Under the pieces are notes generated by a model. That model saw nothing but the letters and a program-made list of their open reading frames with translations. It did not search any database and was not told the DNA's origin. Shown piece after piece: positions 47,972 through 56,806 of a stretch of 64,000 nt of DNA (position 1 is the first letter of the stretch; each line of letters opens with the position of its first letter). Source of the stretch: Patescibacteria group bacterium (GTDB lineage: Bacteria; Patescibacteriota; Dojkabacteria; J137); NCBI GenBank assembly GCA_016861265.1, contig BOLA01000001.1, forward strand, positions 852,136 through 916,135, written 5' to 3'. Position numbers and translations under genes: made by a program.

Positions 47972-49160
47972 ATAGACTTAAACTTCCTTCGTCGCCCAAT
48001 CTCCAATAGGAAATTCCGTTTATTCCGTAATCTGCCGCTAACTTCTTTCTAACTTCAATAGAATCTTTATTAGAATATACTATCCATCTTTTTTGTCCAT
48101 TAAAATCATAAGACCCAAGCATTTCGCCCCAATTCTCAATAAATTTTTGATCTACAGAATAGTTAGAAAATAGTTTATCTACTCCATTATGATAATATGC
48201 AACAGCTGCCTCGGAACCAAAATCATTATCAGGAAGTCCTTCTGTAGTGTAATAAAGTAGATCATATTGAATTGGTCTATCAGACCAATCTTGTGCATAA
48301 GTATTAATTCCTAATACTATTTTCTCTCTTGGAACTCCCTCTTTTATTGCGTACCTAATAATATCTTCTAGCCAGTCTAAAGGCCCAATTGGACCAATAG
48401 TATTGCTATTAGTTGGAGTGTAGGAATATCCTTGTATTATAAATACATCAACTATCTCTCCTAGCTTTTTGTAATCTAGGGTTGCCCTAGTCTGAGCGTA
48501 CGATATATTATTGCCCCACTTAGCTAACGCACTAAAATATAGTTTTTTATTGATTGTATTAAGTCTCTCTTTTAGCTGGGCAAGCATATCAAGAAAGGGT
48601 TTTTGATCGTTTACATAAAAGCTTTCAAAGTCTAAATCAATTCCCTGATAATTATTTTGTTGAATATATTCAATTGTCTCGTTAATAAATCTGTTTACGT
48701 ATTCTTGGGAATTTAGTACCCGATTTAGTTTATCTCTTTCGAATGCTGTAATTGTGGGAACAAGATCAATATTATTATTTGAAGTATACTCTATAAATGT
48801 ACTCCAATTTGTATACCCGTTAGTAGCTAGGCTTCCATTATCATTTAAATCAAACCAAAAAGGGCTTACGCTGGTTATCAATGAGTTATTCTGTAGTGTT
48901 GTTAAACCATCCTGCATATCCCAATCAGGTATCCATCCGTAAAACTTTAGTTCGCCTATGTCTTTTTGTTGCTTTGGAATAGATTGTATAGCATCAATTT
49001 CAAGGTCGAAATCGGTCTTGTTAGATGTGTAAATCTTTATTTCATTTGTCTCTTCTATCGTTTTAATGTTTGGATTATTATATTTTTGATATGCAAAAAA
49101 GGAAGCAACTCCAATTACTAAAAATAATACAATTACAATTATTAATCGCATATTAATCAC
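47970..49160 (-). CDS. Membrane-anchored glycoside hydrolase family 18
   Basis: GIDLDFE (DxDxE), VSPFWF, GISYWRLG.E. Confidence 0.9.
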   Translation of the reverse strand: MINMRLIIVIVLFLVIGVASFFAYQKYNNPNIKTIEETNEIKIYTSNKTDFDLEIDAIQSIPKQQKDIGELKFYGWIPDWDMQDGLTTLQNNSLITSVSPFWFDLNDNGSLATNGYTNWSTFIEYTSNNNIDLVPTITAFERDKLNRVLNSQEYVNRFINETIEYIQQNNYQGIDLDFESFYVNDQKPFLDMLAQLKERLNTINKKLYFSALAKWGNNISYAQTRATLDYKKLGEIVDVFIIQGYSYTPTNSNTIGPIGPLDWLEDIIRYAIKEGVPREKIVLGINTYAQDWSDRPIQYDLLYYTTEGLPDNDFGSEAAVAYYHNGVDKLFSNYSVDQKFIENWGEMLGSYDFNGQKRWIVYSNKDSIEVRKKLAADYGINGISYWRLGDEGSLSL

Positions 49161-50301
49161 CTAAAGTTAAAGGTTTCTCAACATCTTCACTTGTTAGTTC
49201 AATAACTTCACCAGTAATTTTATAAATATCTTTATCGATTTTCTTATATTCTGTTCTAGCATCATTATAGGCAACTACTGATGTACCTAGATTCTTGCCC
49301 AACTTGGCCATATTGGATTCAAAACTTGCTAAGTGTTTTTGTAATTTTTCCACATTACTTTTTATTTCTAAAGCCTGCTCCTCTATTTTTAGAGCATTAA
49401 GTCCTTGTAAAACTGTTTGTAGGTAAGCGAGGAATGACGTAGGAGATGTTATTATTACATTTTTCTGTTTAAATGCGTATTCAATTAAATCGGTAGTACT
49501 GGTTTTTACTGCGCCGATTTGGTTTATTAGTAAATCATAATAAATTCCTTCTGAAGGTATAAACATAAAAGCAAAACCCATGGTTTTTTCGTCGGGTCGA
49601 ATATACTTAGATGTTTCATCAATTCTATTTTTTAAATCGATTTTAAATAATTTCTCTAGTCTTTCTCTTTCAGTGTCGTCTTTACATTCAATTATCTTAT
49701 TATAATTTTCCAGTGAGAATTTAGAATCAATTGGAATTATCTTATCCTTAACAAAAACGACCGAGTCTACTATTTCCCCATTCGTAAATTTGTATTGCAT
49801 TTGGAACGATCCCGGAGGAAGAACATTTTTAAGTAATGTTTCAAGGAAATATTCTCCCAAGATACCTCTTTGCTTAGGGTTCTTTAAAATATTCTCTAGA
49901 CCCTGCAGTTGTTCCGCAACTCCAACTACTTGTTTATTAGTTTCGTCTAACTTAGTAAGCTTCTCGGTGACCTCTTTAATTATCTTGCTGGCAGTATCGC
50001 TAGTATCTTTCATGCTTCTTTGGGTTAGCTGAAACTGTTGTAACAAACCAGTATTAGAACTTTTAAACTGTTCATTTATTGTTAAGTTTTGCTCCCTTAA
50101 CCTGTCGTTCAATTCTTTTAAAGTTCTATCAAGTTTTTCATCTTGCTTAGAAGTTAGAGCATTGATTTGGTTTTGTAAGAATAGGATAGATTTATCCAGA
50201 CCTGAGTCTTGGCTTGGCTTATTTACTTTGGAAATTAAGTACACGACTGCACCTATTAAGACAATCAATAGAACAATGGCTACAATTATTAAGGCGTCCA
50301 T
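49153..50301 (-). CDS. rmuC: DNA recombination protein RmuC
   Basis: N-terminal TM, coiled coil, RGILGE, IDSKF, FMFIPSE, TSPTS. Confidence 0.93.
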   Translation of the reverse strand: MDALIIVAIVLLIVLIGAVVYLISKVNKPSQDSGLDKSILFLQNQINALTSKQDEKLDRTLKELNDRLREQNLTINEQFKSSNTGLLQQFQLTQRSMKDTSDTASKIIKEVTEKLTKLDETNKQVVGVAEQLQGLENILKNPKQRGILGEYFLETLLKNVLPPGSFQMQYKFTNGEIVDSVVFVKDKIIPIDSKFSLENYNKIIECKDDTERERLEKLFKIDLKNRIDETSKYIRPDEKTMGFAFMFIPSEGIYYDLLINQIGAVKTSTTDLIEYAFKQKNVIITSPTSFLAYLQTVLQGLNALKIEEQALEIKSNVEKLQKHLASFESNMAKLGKNLGTSVVAYNDARTEYKKIDKDIYKITGEVIELTSEDVEKPLTLGD

Positions 50302-50412
50302 AAATATTAAGTTAATATAAACTTAATTATTCTATCATAAGTATACCTGTGGGATTTATTGTTGCACTTTGTTGTCGGAACTTTCCCGACAACAAAGTTT
50401 AGCGCGGTGAGC

Positions 50413-50634
50413 CTAAGCAGCTTGGGATGCAACTAGCTTAATATGATCGTCCATCTGTTGCTTTACATCAGATGAAGCGCACTCATAAGAGCTTGTGTAG
50501 CAATTCTGAGCTTCAAAAAGCTCCATTCCGGCTTCTTCACTGGAACTCCCAGTTCCATGACGCGCCAGTCTTTTTGAACGCTCCTGTGCTTCCACCAGTC
50601 GCTCCCAACATTGCTTCAGTTCTTCAAAGTTCAT
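50413..50634 (-). CDS. Small hypothetical protein (SD-led orphan)
   Basis: GAGGA upstream, GC-richer than flanks, hairpin at about 50369-50397. Confidence 0.6.
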   Translation of the reverse strand: MNFEELKQCWERLVEAQERSKRLARHGTGSSSEEAGMELFEAQNCYTSSYECASSDVKQQMDDHIKLVASQAA

Positions 50635-50737
50635 TGAAAAGTCCTCATGTCTTTACCGTGCCAGGAAGTATATCATTTGTTATTAATTTTAGACAACATT
50701 TGAAGTGTTGTGGGCGAGCATTACGCTCGCCCACGGA

Positions 50738-51010
50738 TCACTCCGAAGGCACGTTATTTTTCATGTCTTCGAAGGCAGCTACAATATGCGGCTCGCATTC
50801 TGCGAGCCGCCTTTCCAGTTTCCCATTCTCAGAATCTTTGATTGCCAGAGCCTTTTTGTATTCAAACTCTGGTACCAAATTGATTTTGGTAACTGGATTC
50901 TCATAGCTGTTAATGATTTCCTCAGCAGCAAGTACAAGGCTGTATATGCCGCATAAGCCGACTAACAGCCACATCTCAGCAGCTGTTAACGAGTGCTTTG
51001 CAGATTCCAT
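50738..51010 (-). CDS. Small single-TM hypothetical protein (SD-led orphan)
   Basis: AGGAG upstream, hairpin gtgggcgagc...gctcgcccac 50710-50734 downstream. Confidence 0.65.
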   Translation of the reverse strand: MESAKHSLTAAEMWLLVGLCGIYSLVLAAEEIINSYENPVTKINLVPEFEYKKALAIKDSENGKLERRLAECEPHIVAAFEDMKNNVPSE

Positions 51011-51124
51011 TGTTTACTCCTACTATAAAAGCACAACTGGGATTATATGTTGATTAGATAATCTTTGCAAAACTTTAGTAGTTTTATCGGCTGTGATAAA
51101 CTTTATGCATTTAATACTCAATTT

Positions 51125-52132
51125 ATGGAACAACTATCAGTAATTTTAGGATTCACTATACTTTCAATGATTGTAACTGCTCTGTACGCTCCCCTATTAA
51201 TTAAGCTTTTATACAAAATGCAAATTGTAGTAAGGCATTCACTTATGGGAAATAAAATGAATGAGGAGTTTATCAAAATACAAGGTCATAAAACTGGAAC
51301 TCCTACTCTTGGCGGACTAATGATTTCAATTTCTGTTTTAGTATTAGGGCTAGTATTTTTGCCAGAGAATAATCTAAAGTTACTATTTCTTATTTTTTGG
51401 GGGTTATTTACACTCTATGGTTTAATTGAAGGTCTTATAGTTTACGCTAGAAAGCTAAGTGATAAGTTCAAACTCTTAGAATCAAGCTTTGAATGGAGAA
51501 TGGGAAAATTATTTGTACTTTACTTAATATGTTTAATGGCTGTAGCCGCAACATGTAAGTTTTTAGCGATTGATCAAATAGAATTATTTGGAATAACTAT
51601 TATTATTAACACACTGTCTGTTTTTATAGGCTCATTTTTCTTTGTGTTGGCAATGTATGCTATGGAAATCACAGATGGTGCAGATGGTCTTGTAACTGGG
51701 CAATTCTTAATTGCAATTATTTCCTATGTAGTTATAAGTATGCTTACTGGTAAAACAGAATTAGTTCCAATCCTTGGGTTAATTCTTGGTTCCAGTATTG
51801 TGTATTTATACTTTAATATAAATCCTGCTAGAGTATTTATGGGGGGGACAGGGACTTTTCCTATTGCCTTTGCAATACTTATATCTTCTGTAATTACTAA
51901 TACAGTAGATATTCTTCTAATAATCGGAATTATATTCTGGATTGAATTAGGATCAAGTGCACTACAAATATTATGGATAAAATTATTCAAAAAACGATTG
52001 TTTAAAATAGCCCCATTTCACCATTACTTTGAGTCCGTTGGATGGCCTGAAACTAAGATGGTACAAAGATTCTGGTTGTTTTCAGCTATATTTGCATTGG
52101 TGGGATTATGGATATTTAGTCTTATTAAATAG
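51125..52132 (+). CDS. mraY: MraY homologue with catalytic Asp residues substituted
   Basis: KTGTPTLGG, TDGADGL, FN.NPARVFMG, APFHHYFE...GWPETK.V.RFW; DD->EG and MGD->MGG. Confidence 0.8.
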   Translation: MEQLSVILGFTILSMIVTALYAPLLIKLLYKMQIVVRHSLMGNKMNEEFIKIQGHKTGTPTLGGLMISISVLVLGLVFLPENNLKLLFLIFWGLFTLYGLIEGLIVYARKLSDKFKLLESSFEWRMGKLFVLYLICLMAVAATCKFLAIDQIELFGITIIINTLSVFIGSFFFVLAMYAMEITDGADGLVTGQFLIAIISYVVISMLTGKTELVPILGLILGSSIVYLYFNINPARVFMGGTGTFPIAFAILISSVITNTVDILLIIGIIFWIELGSSALQILWIKLFKKRLFKIAPFHHYFESVGWPETKMVQRFWLFSAIFALVGLWIFSLIK

Positions 52133-52134
52133 TA

Positions 52135-52644
52135 TTATAACCAGCTTTGATCAATATTATTTAAGAAGTTGTCGTCCTTGAAAATGTTAAAGCTTTTATT
52201 GTATAGTCTAAATAGTTCAATTGTTGCCTTATAAAAGTCGTTTACTAATTCATGGCTAACCCGGTCAAATGCTTTATCTAGTCTTTCTTCGGCATCTCTA
52301 TGTACAAAAATATTTCTATACTTAATGAGTGAATTCAACCTTTGGTATAGATTATCTTTCTCATGCAATATTTCCTTTGAGTGATATTTTGAGATCTTAG
52401 GTAGGATTATTAACCTATTTTTAATTGAAATTCTTTCTAGGTATTCATAGTTAATAACGTAGGTGTATCCAAAGTCGTTAACAAAACTTTCTAAAGCGAG
52501 CTCAATAAGTATTAAACAATTTATTAGATAAACTTTTCTATGTTCACTAATGTATTTAGAAGATTGTTTCGAGGAGTCTGATTTATTGAACTGCTCTTTG
52601 GCAAGTTCAAGATATTTCTTATATAGTTTTCTATCGGTATTCAA
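52135..52644 (-). CDS. Putative HEPN-domain protein
   Basis: Helical; ELALESFVN near the N-terminus and RNIFVH (R-x4-H); TTG start. Confidence 0.6.
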   Translation of the reverse strand: MNTDRKLYKKYLELAKEQFNKSDSSKQSSKYISEHRKVYLINCLILIELALESFVNDFGYTYVINYEYLERISIKNRLIILPKISKYHSKEILHEKDNLYQRLNSLIKYRNIFVHRDAEERLDKAFDRVSHELVNDFYKATIELFRLYNKSFNIFKDDNFLNNIDQSWL

Positions 52645-52705
52645 TCTAATTAATAATCATGTATTTTTACATTATATCATTCGTTTCTGGGGTGTATAAA
52701 ATTGC

Positions 52706-53385
52706 AAAAGGCGGTCCCTCATAAAGAGAAACCGCCTTCCGCTGCTAACCTTTCGGATCGCAGCTTTCACAGCCTTTCGGCTGTGTGTAGAACCTAGAGT
52801 AAACTCTGGTATCCTAAGCGGGAACCCAACACTTCTGCTGGGAACTGGAATACCTTACCCTAGGTCAGTGAGTGATACCGATACCGAATTTTGTAGCGAG
52901 CAAGCTGCTACAAACCTTCGTCCGCTAATATCGGTATCGTGCCGAATGTGGGGGACACACTCGGCAGTCAATTTTGGTGCCGCATTTCACCGCTTCCTTG
53001 CGAGTGAATGCTGCAAATTGAAAACGTGATTTTCACTTTGCAATATTCAGTTGAGATTTTCGCTCGGTATACAAAGATACCGAGCGGTCCGTTAAGCGTA
53101 TTTCTACGCATTATTCTAGACTTTTCCATCCCCATGTTTTGGTTCAAAGTCCTGACAGGGGCCTTGCCTTGGCTTTCTTTCGAAAGACGGCCTAAATAAA
53201 CTGAATTTACTTAAGTTGTCCTTTGAAATTATGTTGTTAAATGTCTGGGAAGCATTCTATGAATGCTTCCCGCTAGTTCGTGAAAGTCCGGTTCCTCAAT
53301 GAGGACCAGTCAGCACTAACGGGTGGATTTAAATTTTCATTAAATACTTATATCCAACCCACTAGTACATTTAATTTAACGAGCT
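52706..53385 (-). ncRNA. Putative large structured non-coding RNA (~680 nt), family unassigned
   Basis: GC-rich; more than 15 helices with nested long-range stems; GAAA loops on the minus strand; TTTACT-N17-TATAAT at 53420-53392; terminal hairpin 52708-52738 followed by U4. Confidence 0.75.
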
Positions 53386-53444
53386 ATAATCATTATATAC
53401 CAAAGCACGCTTAAAGTAAATACTCCTGGGACGCGTTGATTTAG

Positions 53445-53600
53445 TTATAACTCTGCCGCAACCTTATTCGGTAGATATTCCAACAGTAAATTATGTCTAT
53501 CGACTTTATATCGATATCTAACCTTCCCAGTAGGTCTTTGTCTTCTACTGTAGAAACTTACTATACCAAAGGCCACGATTACTGAGACGATTTCGCCCAT
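53445..53600 (-). CDS. 51-aa small protein not in the ORF track (MGEIVSVIVAFGIVSFYSRRQRPTGKVRYRYKVDRHNLLLEYLPNKVAAEL)
   Basis: Translated by hand; TAAGGAG upstream, TTGACT...TATAAT at about 53706-53679, hydrophobic N-terminus. Confidence 0.55.
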   Translation of the reverse strand: MGEIVSVIVAFGIVSFYSRRQRPTGKVRYRYKVDRHNLLLEYLPNKVAAEL

Positions 53601-53800
53601 ATAATCTGCTCCTTAAAAATAGTATATATGGTTACTATACAGAGCTGTTGGTTCTTTGTACGTATGCCATACATAGAGATTATATAATATCTTACCCATA
53701 AGTCAATAAACAATGGCGACAAAATTTGCACATAATTTATTATTTAAATAGTTGTGAATTGCTTTACCTGCTATAATAATTCCGTATTAAACAAATTCAA

Positions 53801-55732
53801 ATGAATAAGAAAATTAGAAATTTTTGTATTATTGCTCATATCGACCATGGAAAATCAACCTTAGCTGACAGATTGATTGAAACTACAGGAGCAGTATCTT
53901 CTCGAGAAATGAAGGACAGAATGTTAGATACACTTGAATTGGAACAAGAAAGAGGTATTACCATAAAGCTTCAGACTGCCCGATTAAAGTATGAATATAA
54001 AGGCGAAAACGCCGAAAAGGGTGATTATATTCTTAACCTTATTGATACACCGGGTCATGTAGATTTTAGTTACGAGGTATCTCGTTCAGTTGCTGCCAGT
54101 GAAGGTTGCTTGTTATTGGTTGACGCGACCCAAGGTGTTCAGGCTCAAACACTAACTACTGTTTATAAGGCAATGGAATATGATTTAAAAATAATTCCTG
54201 TAATTAATAAGGTAGATATGGACATTGCCGAAGTTGAAAGAACCAAGCAAGAGATGATTGAAACCTTTGGATTTTCCGAGGACGAAATTATTATGGCATC
54301 TGGTAAGTCAGGAATCGGTGTTCACGAAATATTAGATGCAATTGTAGAAAGAATTCCTCCTTATAAAAAAGAGGAAACAAAAATATTAGCTGACGAAGAT
54401 GAGTTGTTAATTCTAGAAGGCAAAGAGACTAAAATTACAAAGGCGTTAATCTTTGACGCGTTCTTCCATGAATATAAGGGTGTAACTGCTTTAGTTAAGG
54501 TAATAAGTGGAGAAATCAAAAAAGGAGATAAGGTTTACTTTATAAGTACTCAAACCGATGTAACACCAATAGAAATTGGTTATCTACTGCCCAAAATGAC
54601 AGAGTCCGACTCTATAAAAGAAGGCGAAGTAGGTTATGTAGCAACGGGTTTAAAGGATATTCACAGAATTCATTCAGGCGATACAATCACTCTATTCCAC
54701 TCAAATCATAGTCATGAATCTGTTGAACCGCTTAAGGGTTACCGACAGCCAAAACCAATGGTGTACGCAAGCTTATATCCTGTAGAAGCTAGTGATTACG
54801 AAAGTTTTAAAGAAGCTTTAGAAAAATTATCACTAAACGATGCTGCTTTAACTTACCAAAAAGAATATTCTCAGGCATTAGGAACAGGTTTTGTTTGCGG
54901 ATTTTTAGGACTTTTACATTTAGAAATTACTCAAGACAGATTAGAGCGAGAACACAATATTGATTTAATTAGTACTACTCCGACTGTAGAATTTAAAGTG
55001 CTGTTAAAAACGAGGGATTACTCCAAGATTCCAAATATAAATGTGTCTAATATTGAAACCGAAACAAATATTGCAACTATACGTACAGCTGCAGAATTCC
55101 CTGAAGGAAGTATGTACGAAGAAGTTTACGAGCCTTGGGTAAAACTAGATATTATTACTCCTGAAGAATACATTGGTCCAATAATGGAACTTTGTCAAAA
55201 CAGAAGAGGTGTATATAAGCACATGAACTTCTTGAACAAGTCAGGGAATAAGAATCATGCAATTATAGAATATGAAATGCCTACTGTAGAGATTATTGTT
55301 AACTTTTTTGACAGATTAAAGTCAATTAGTCACGGATACGCCTCTATGGACTATTCGTTAATTGAATACAGGAGAGGTGATATTGTTAAGGTCTCTATTT
55401 TGGTTAATGAAGAACCTGCCGAATCTTTAAGCTTTTTAACTCACAGAAGCAATGCCGTAAGAAGGGGTCGTGAAATGGCTGATAAATTAAAGGAGTTAAT
55501 CCCAAGACAGAACTTTAAGGTTCCAATTCAGGCTGCAATTGGTGCGCAGATTATTGCAAGGGTAACAATAGACGCCTATAGAAAAGACGTCCTCGCAAAG
55601 TTATATGGAGGTGATGTTACTAGAAAATTAAAACTTCTTGAAAAGCAAAAGAAGGGAAAAAAGAAAATGAAGGCAATTGGTAATGTTGAAATTCCTAAAG
55701 AAGCTTTCTTAGCTGCATTAAAGATTGATTAA
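53801..55732 (+). CDS. lepA: Elongation factor 4
   Basis: AHIDHGKSTLADR, DTPGHVDF, GFLGLLH, LYGGDVTRK.KLLEKQK. Confidence 0.98.
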   Translation: MNKKIRNFCIIAHIDHGKSTLADRLIETTGAVSSREMKDRMLDTLELEQERGITIKLQTARLKYEYKGENAEKGDYILNLIDTPGHVDFSYEVSRSVAASEGCLLLVDATQGVQAQTLTTVYKAMEYDLKIIPVINKVDMDIAEVERTKQEMIETFGFSEDEIIMASGKSGIGVHEILDAIVERIPPYKKEETKILADEDELLILEGKETKITKALIFDAFFHEYKGVTALVKVISGEIKKGDKVYFISTQTDVTPIEIGYLLPKMTESDSIKEGEVGYVATGLKDIHRIHSGDTITLFHSNHSHESVEPLKGYRQPKPMVYASLYPVEASDYESFKEALEKLSLNDAALTYQKEYSQALGTGFVCGFLGLLHLEITQDRLEREHNIDLISTTPTVEFKVLLKTRDYSKIPNINVSNIETETNIATIRTAAEFPEGSMYEEVYEPWVKLDIITPEEYIGPIMELCQNRRGVYKHMNFLNKSGNKNHAIIEYEMPTVEIIVNFFDRLKSISHGYASMDYSLIEYRRGDIVKVSILVNEEPAESLSFLTHRSNAVRRGREMADKLKELIPRQNFKVPIQAAIGAQIIARVTIDAYRKDVLAKLYGGDVTRKLKLLEKQKKGKKKMKAIGNVEIPKEAFLAALKID

Positions 55733-55804
55733 CTTCAGAGGGTTGGGGATAAATCCCCTTCCCTCTTAAAACACCACGTGGATGTTATTAAAGCCGATCT
55801 CGCG

Positions 55805-56137
55805 CTAGCGCGAGATCAGCAGGTCGATTCCGTAGCATCCGTAATCCGGATTTTGCGGTTCGGCGTGCGCGAGACTGTGGAATTGCTGCGGCATATTATC
55901 GAGCGGCAAGCAAACCTCATCACCACTTTGAAGGTTAAAGGTTTCGCTTCCTAGAATCACGTCATAGTCCGTGTTGTTGTTGGTACGGAAAATGGCGGTT
56001 TCGCCGGGTTCCACTTCAACAACATAACTGTGACCGATTCCATTCTGGTATTGAATCTTCACGGCCACTTGGGCAGTGGGTGTTCCGAAAACCAGAGCCA
56101 TGAGAATCGACAGTAGCCAGCGAATCAATTCGTACAT
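55805..56137 (-). CDS. Small GC-rich secreted protein (SD-led orphan)
   Basis: AAGGAG before ATG 56137, signal peptide ...PTA-Q, TATAAT upstream. Confidence 0.7.
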   Translation of the reverse strand: MYELIRWLLSILMALVFGTPTAQVAVKIQYQNGIGHSYVVEVEPGETAIFRTNNNTDYDVILGSETFNLQSGDEVCLPLDNMPQQFHSLAHAEPQNPDYGCYGIDLLISR

Positions 56138-56293
56138 ACGACACACTCCTTGCTTTTTAAGTTGCTTTTAATTATAGCACTTATTGCTATATATACAATA
56201 TATACTGGGGTTGGATTGAAGGGAAAGTTTATTATAAAAAGCAATTGGCAGGTTGGGAGTTTTATTTCCCTTCCTGCCAATGTAGTGCGCTAC

Positions 56294-56683
56294 TTACTGT
56301 GCGTCTGCAACAGTGAAGCAGCGTTTGTCGCCGTCAACCTCTCCGCGAGTGTTGAACGGCGCCGGAATCACGAAGCTGCTGACGCAAACCCGATCATCCG
56401 CTGCAATCTGCACCTGCTGGGTATTTACCGTCAGCAAGGCGCCCCCATTGTTACTTTTTACGAAGGTAAACACCGTGTGCGGGGGGCGCACCGGGTACCG
56501 GTCATTCATGCCACTTGCGTGGCTGACCGCGATCTCTGCGTTTGGAACGACAGTGGGTTGCCCCGCCTGTCGAGCCTCGGTGATGATCTGACGAGCCGTA
56601 TTGCGGTACTTTACCGCTAACGCTGCCAGTATCACCAAAATAATCACCAACGCAAGCCGCTTCACTCTCTTGGATTTCTTCAT
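56294..56683 (-). CDS. Small GC-rich membrane-anchored/secreted protein (SD-led orphan)
   Basis: GGAGGTG, basic N-terminus plus hydrophobic helix, hairpin at about 56245-56280. Confidence 0.75.
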   Translation of the reverse strand: MKKSKRVKRLALVIILVILAALAVKYRNTARQIITEARQAGQPTVVPNAEIAVSHASGMNDRYPVRPPHTVFTFVKSNNGGALLTVNTQQVQIAADDRVCVSSFVIPAPFNTRGEVDGDKRCFTVADAQ

Positions 56684-56806
56684 CTGACACCTCCGTCAAT
56701 AATCAAGAGACATATATATTATATCATATTTAGATATATTAGGTATATATTCAGTACTTTAGTGCTTATTTTGCCACTTATTCAATAATCGTATATAATC
56801 CAATCT

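Noticed and set aside
52740-52770. AGC-led GAAA hairpin resembling group II intron domain V
   Set aside because: The stem is too short and lacks the typical bulge; no GUGYG 5' end, intron-encoded protein or interrupted gene.
53008-53199. 63-aa ORF inside the structured region
   Set aside because: No SD or recognisable protein features; the sequence is explained by RNA helices on the opposite strand.
53278-53300. gtgaaagtccgg resembling the RNase P RNA GAGGAAAGUCC motif
   Set aside because: It lies on the plus strand, opposite to the promoter and GNRA orientation, and has no downstream P4 partner.
56150-56620. Plus-strand ORFs 56150..56620 and 56313..56591, and similar ones at 50472..50906 and 32620..33045
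   Set aside because: Shadow ORFs of GC-rich genes on the opposite strand, which carry the SD, promoter and signal peptide.
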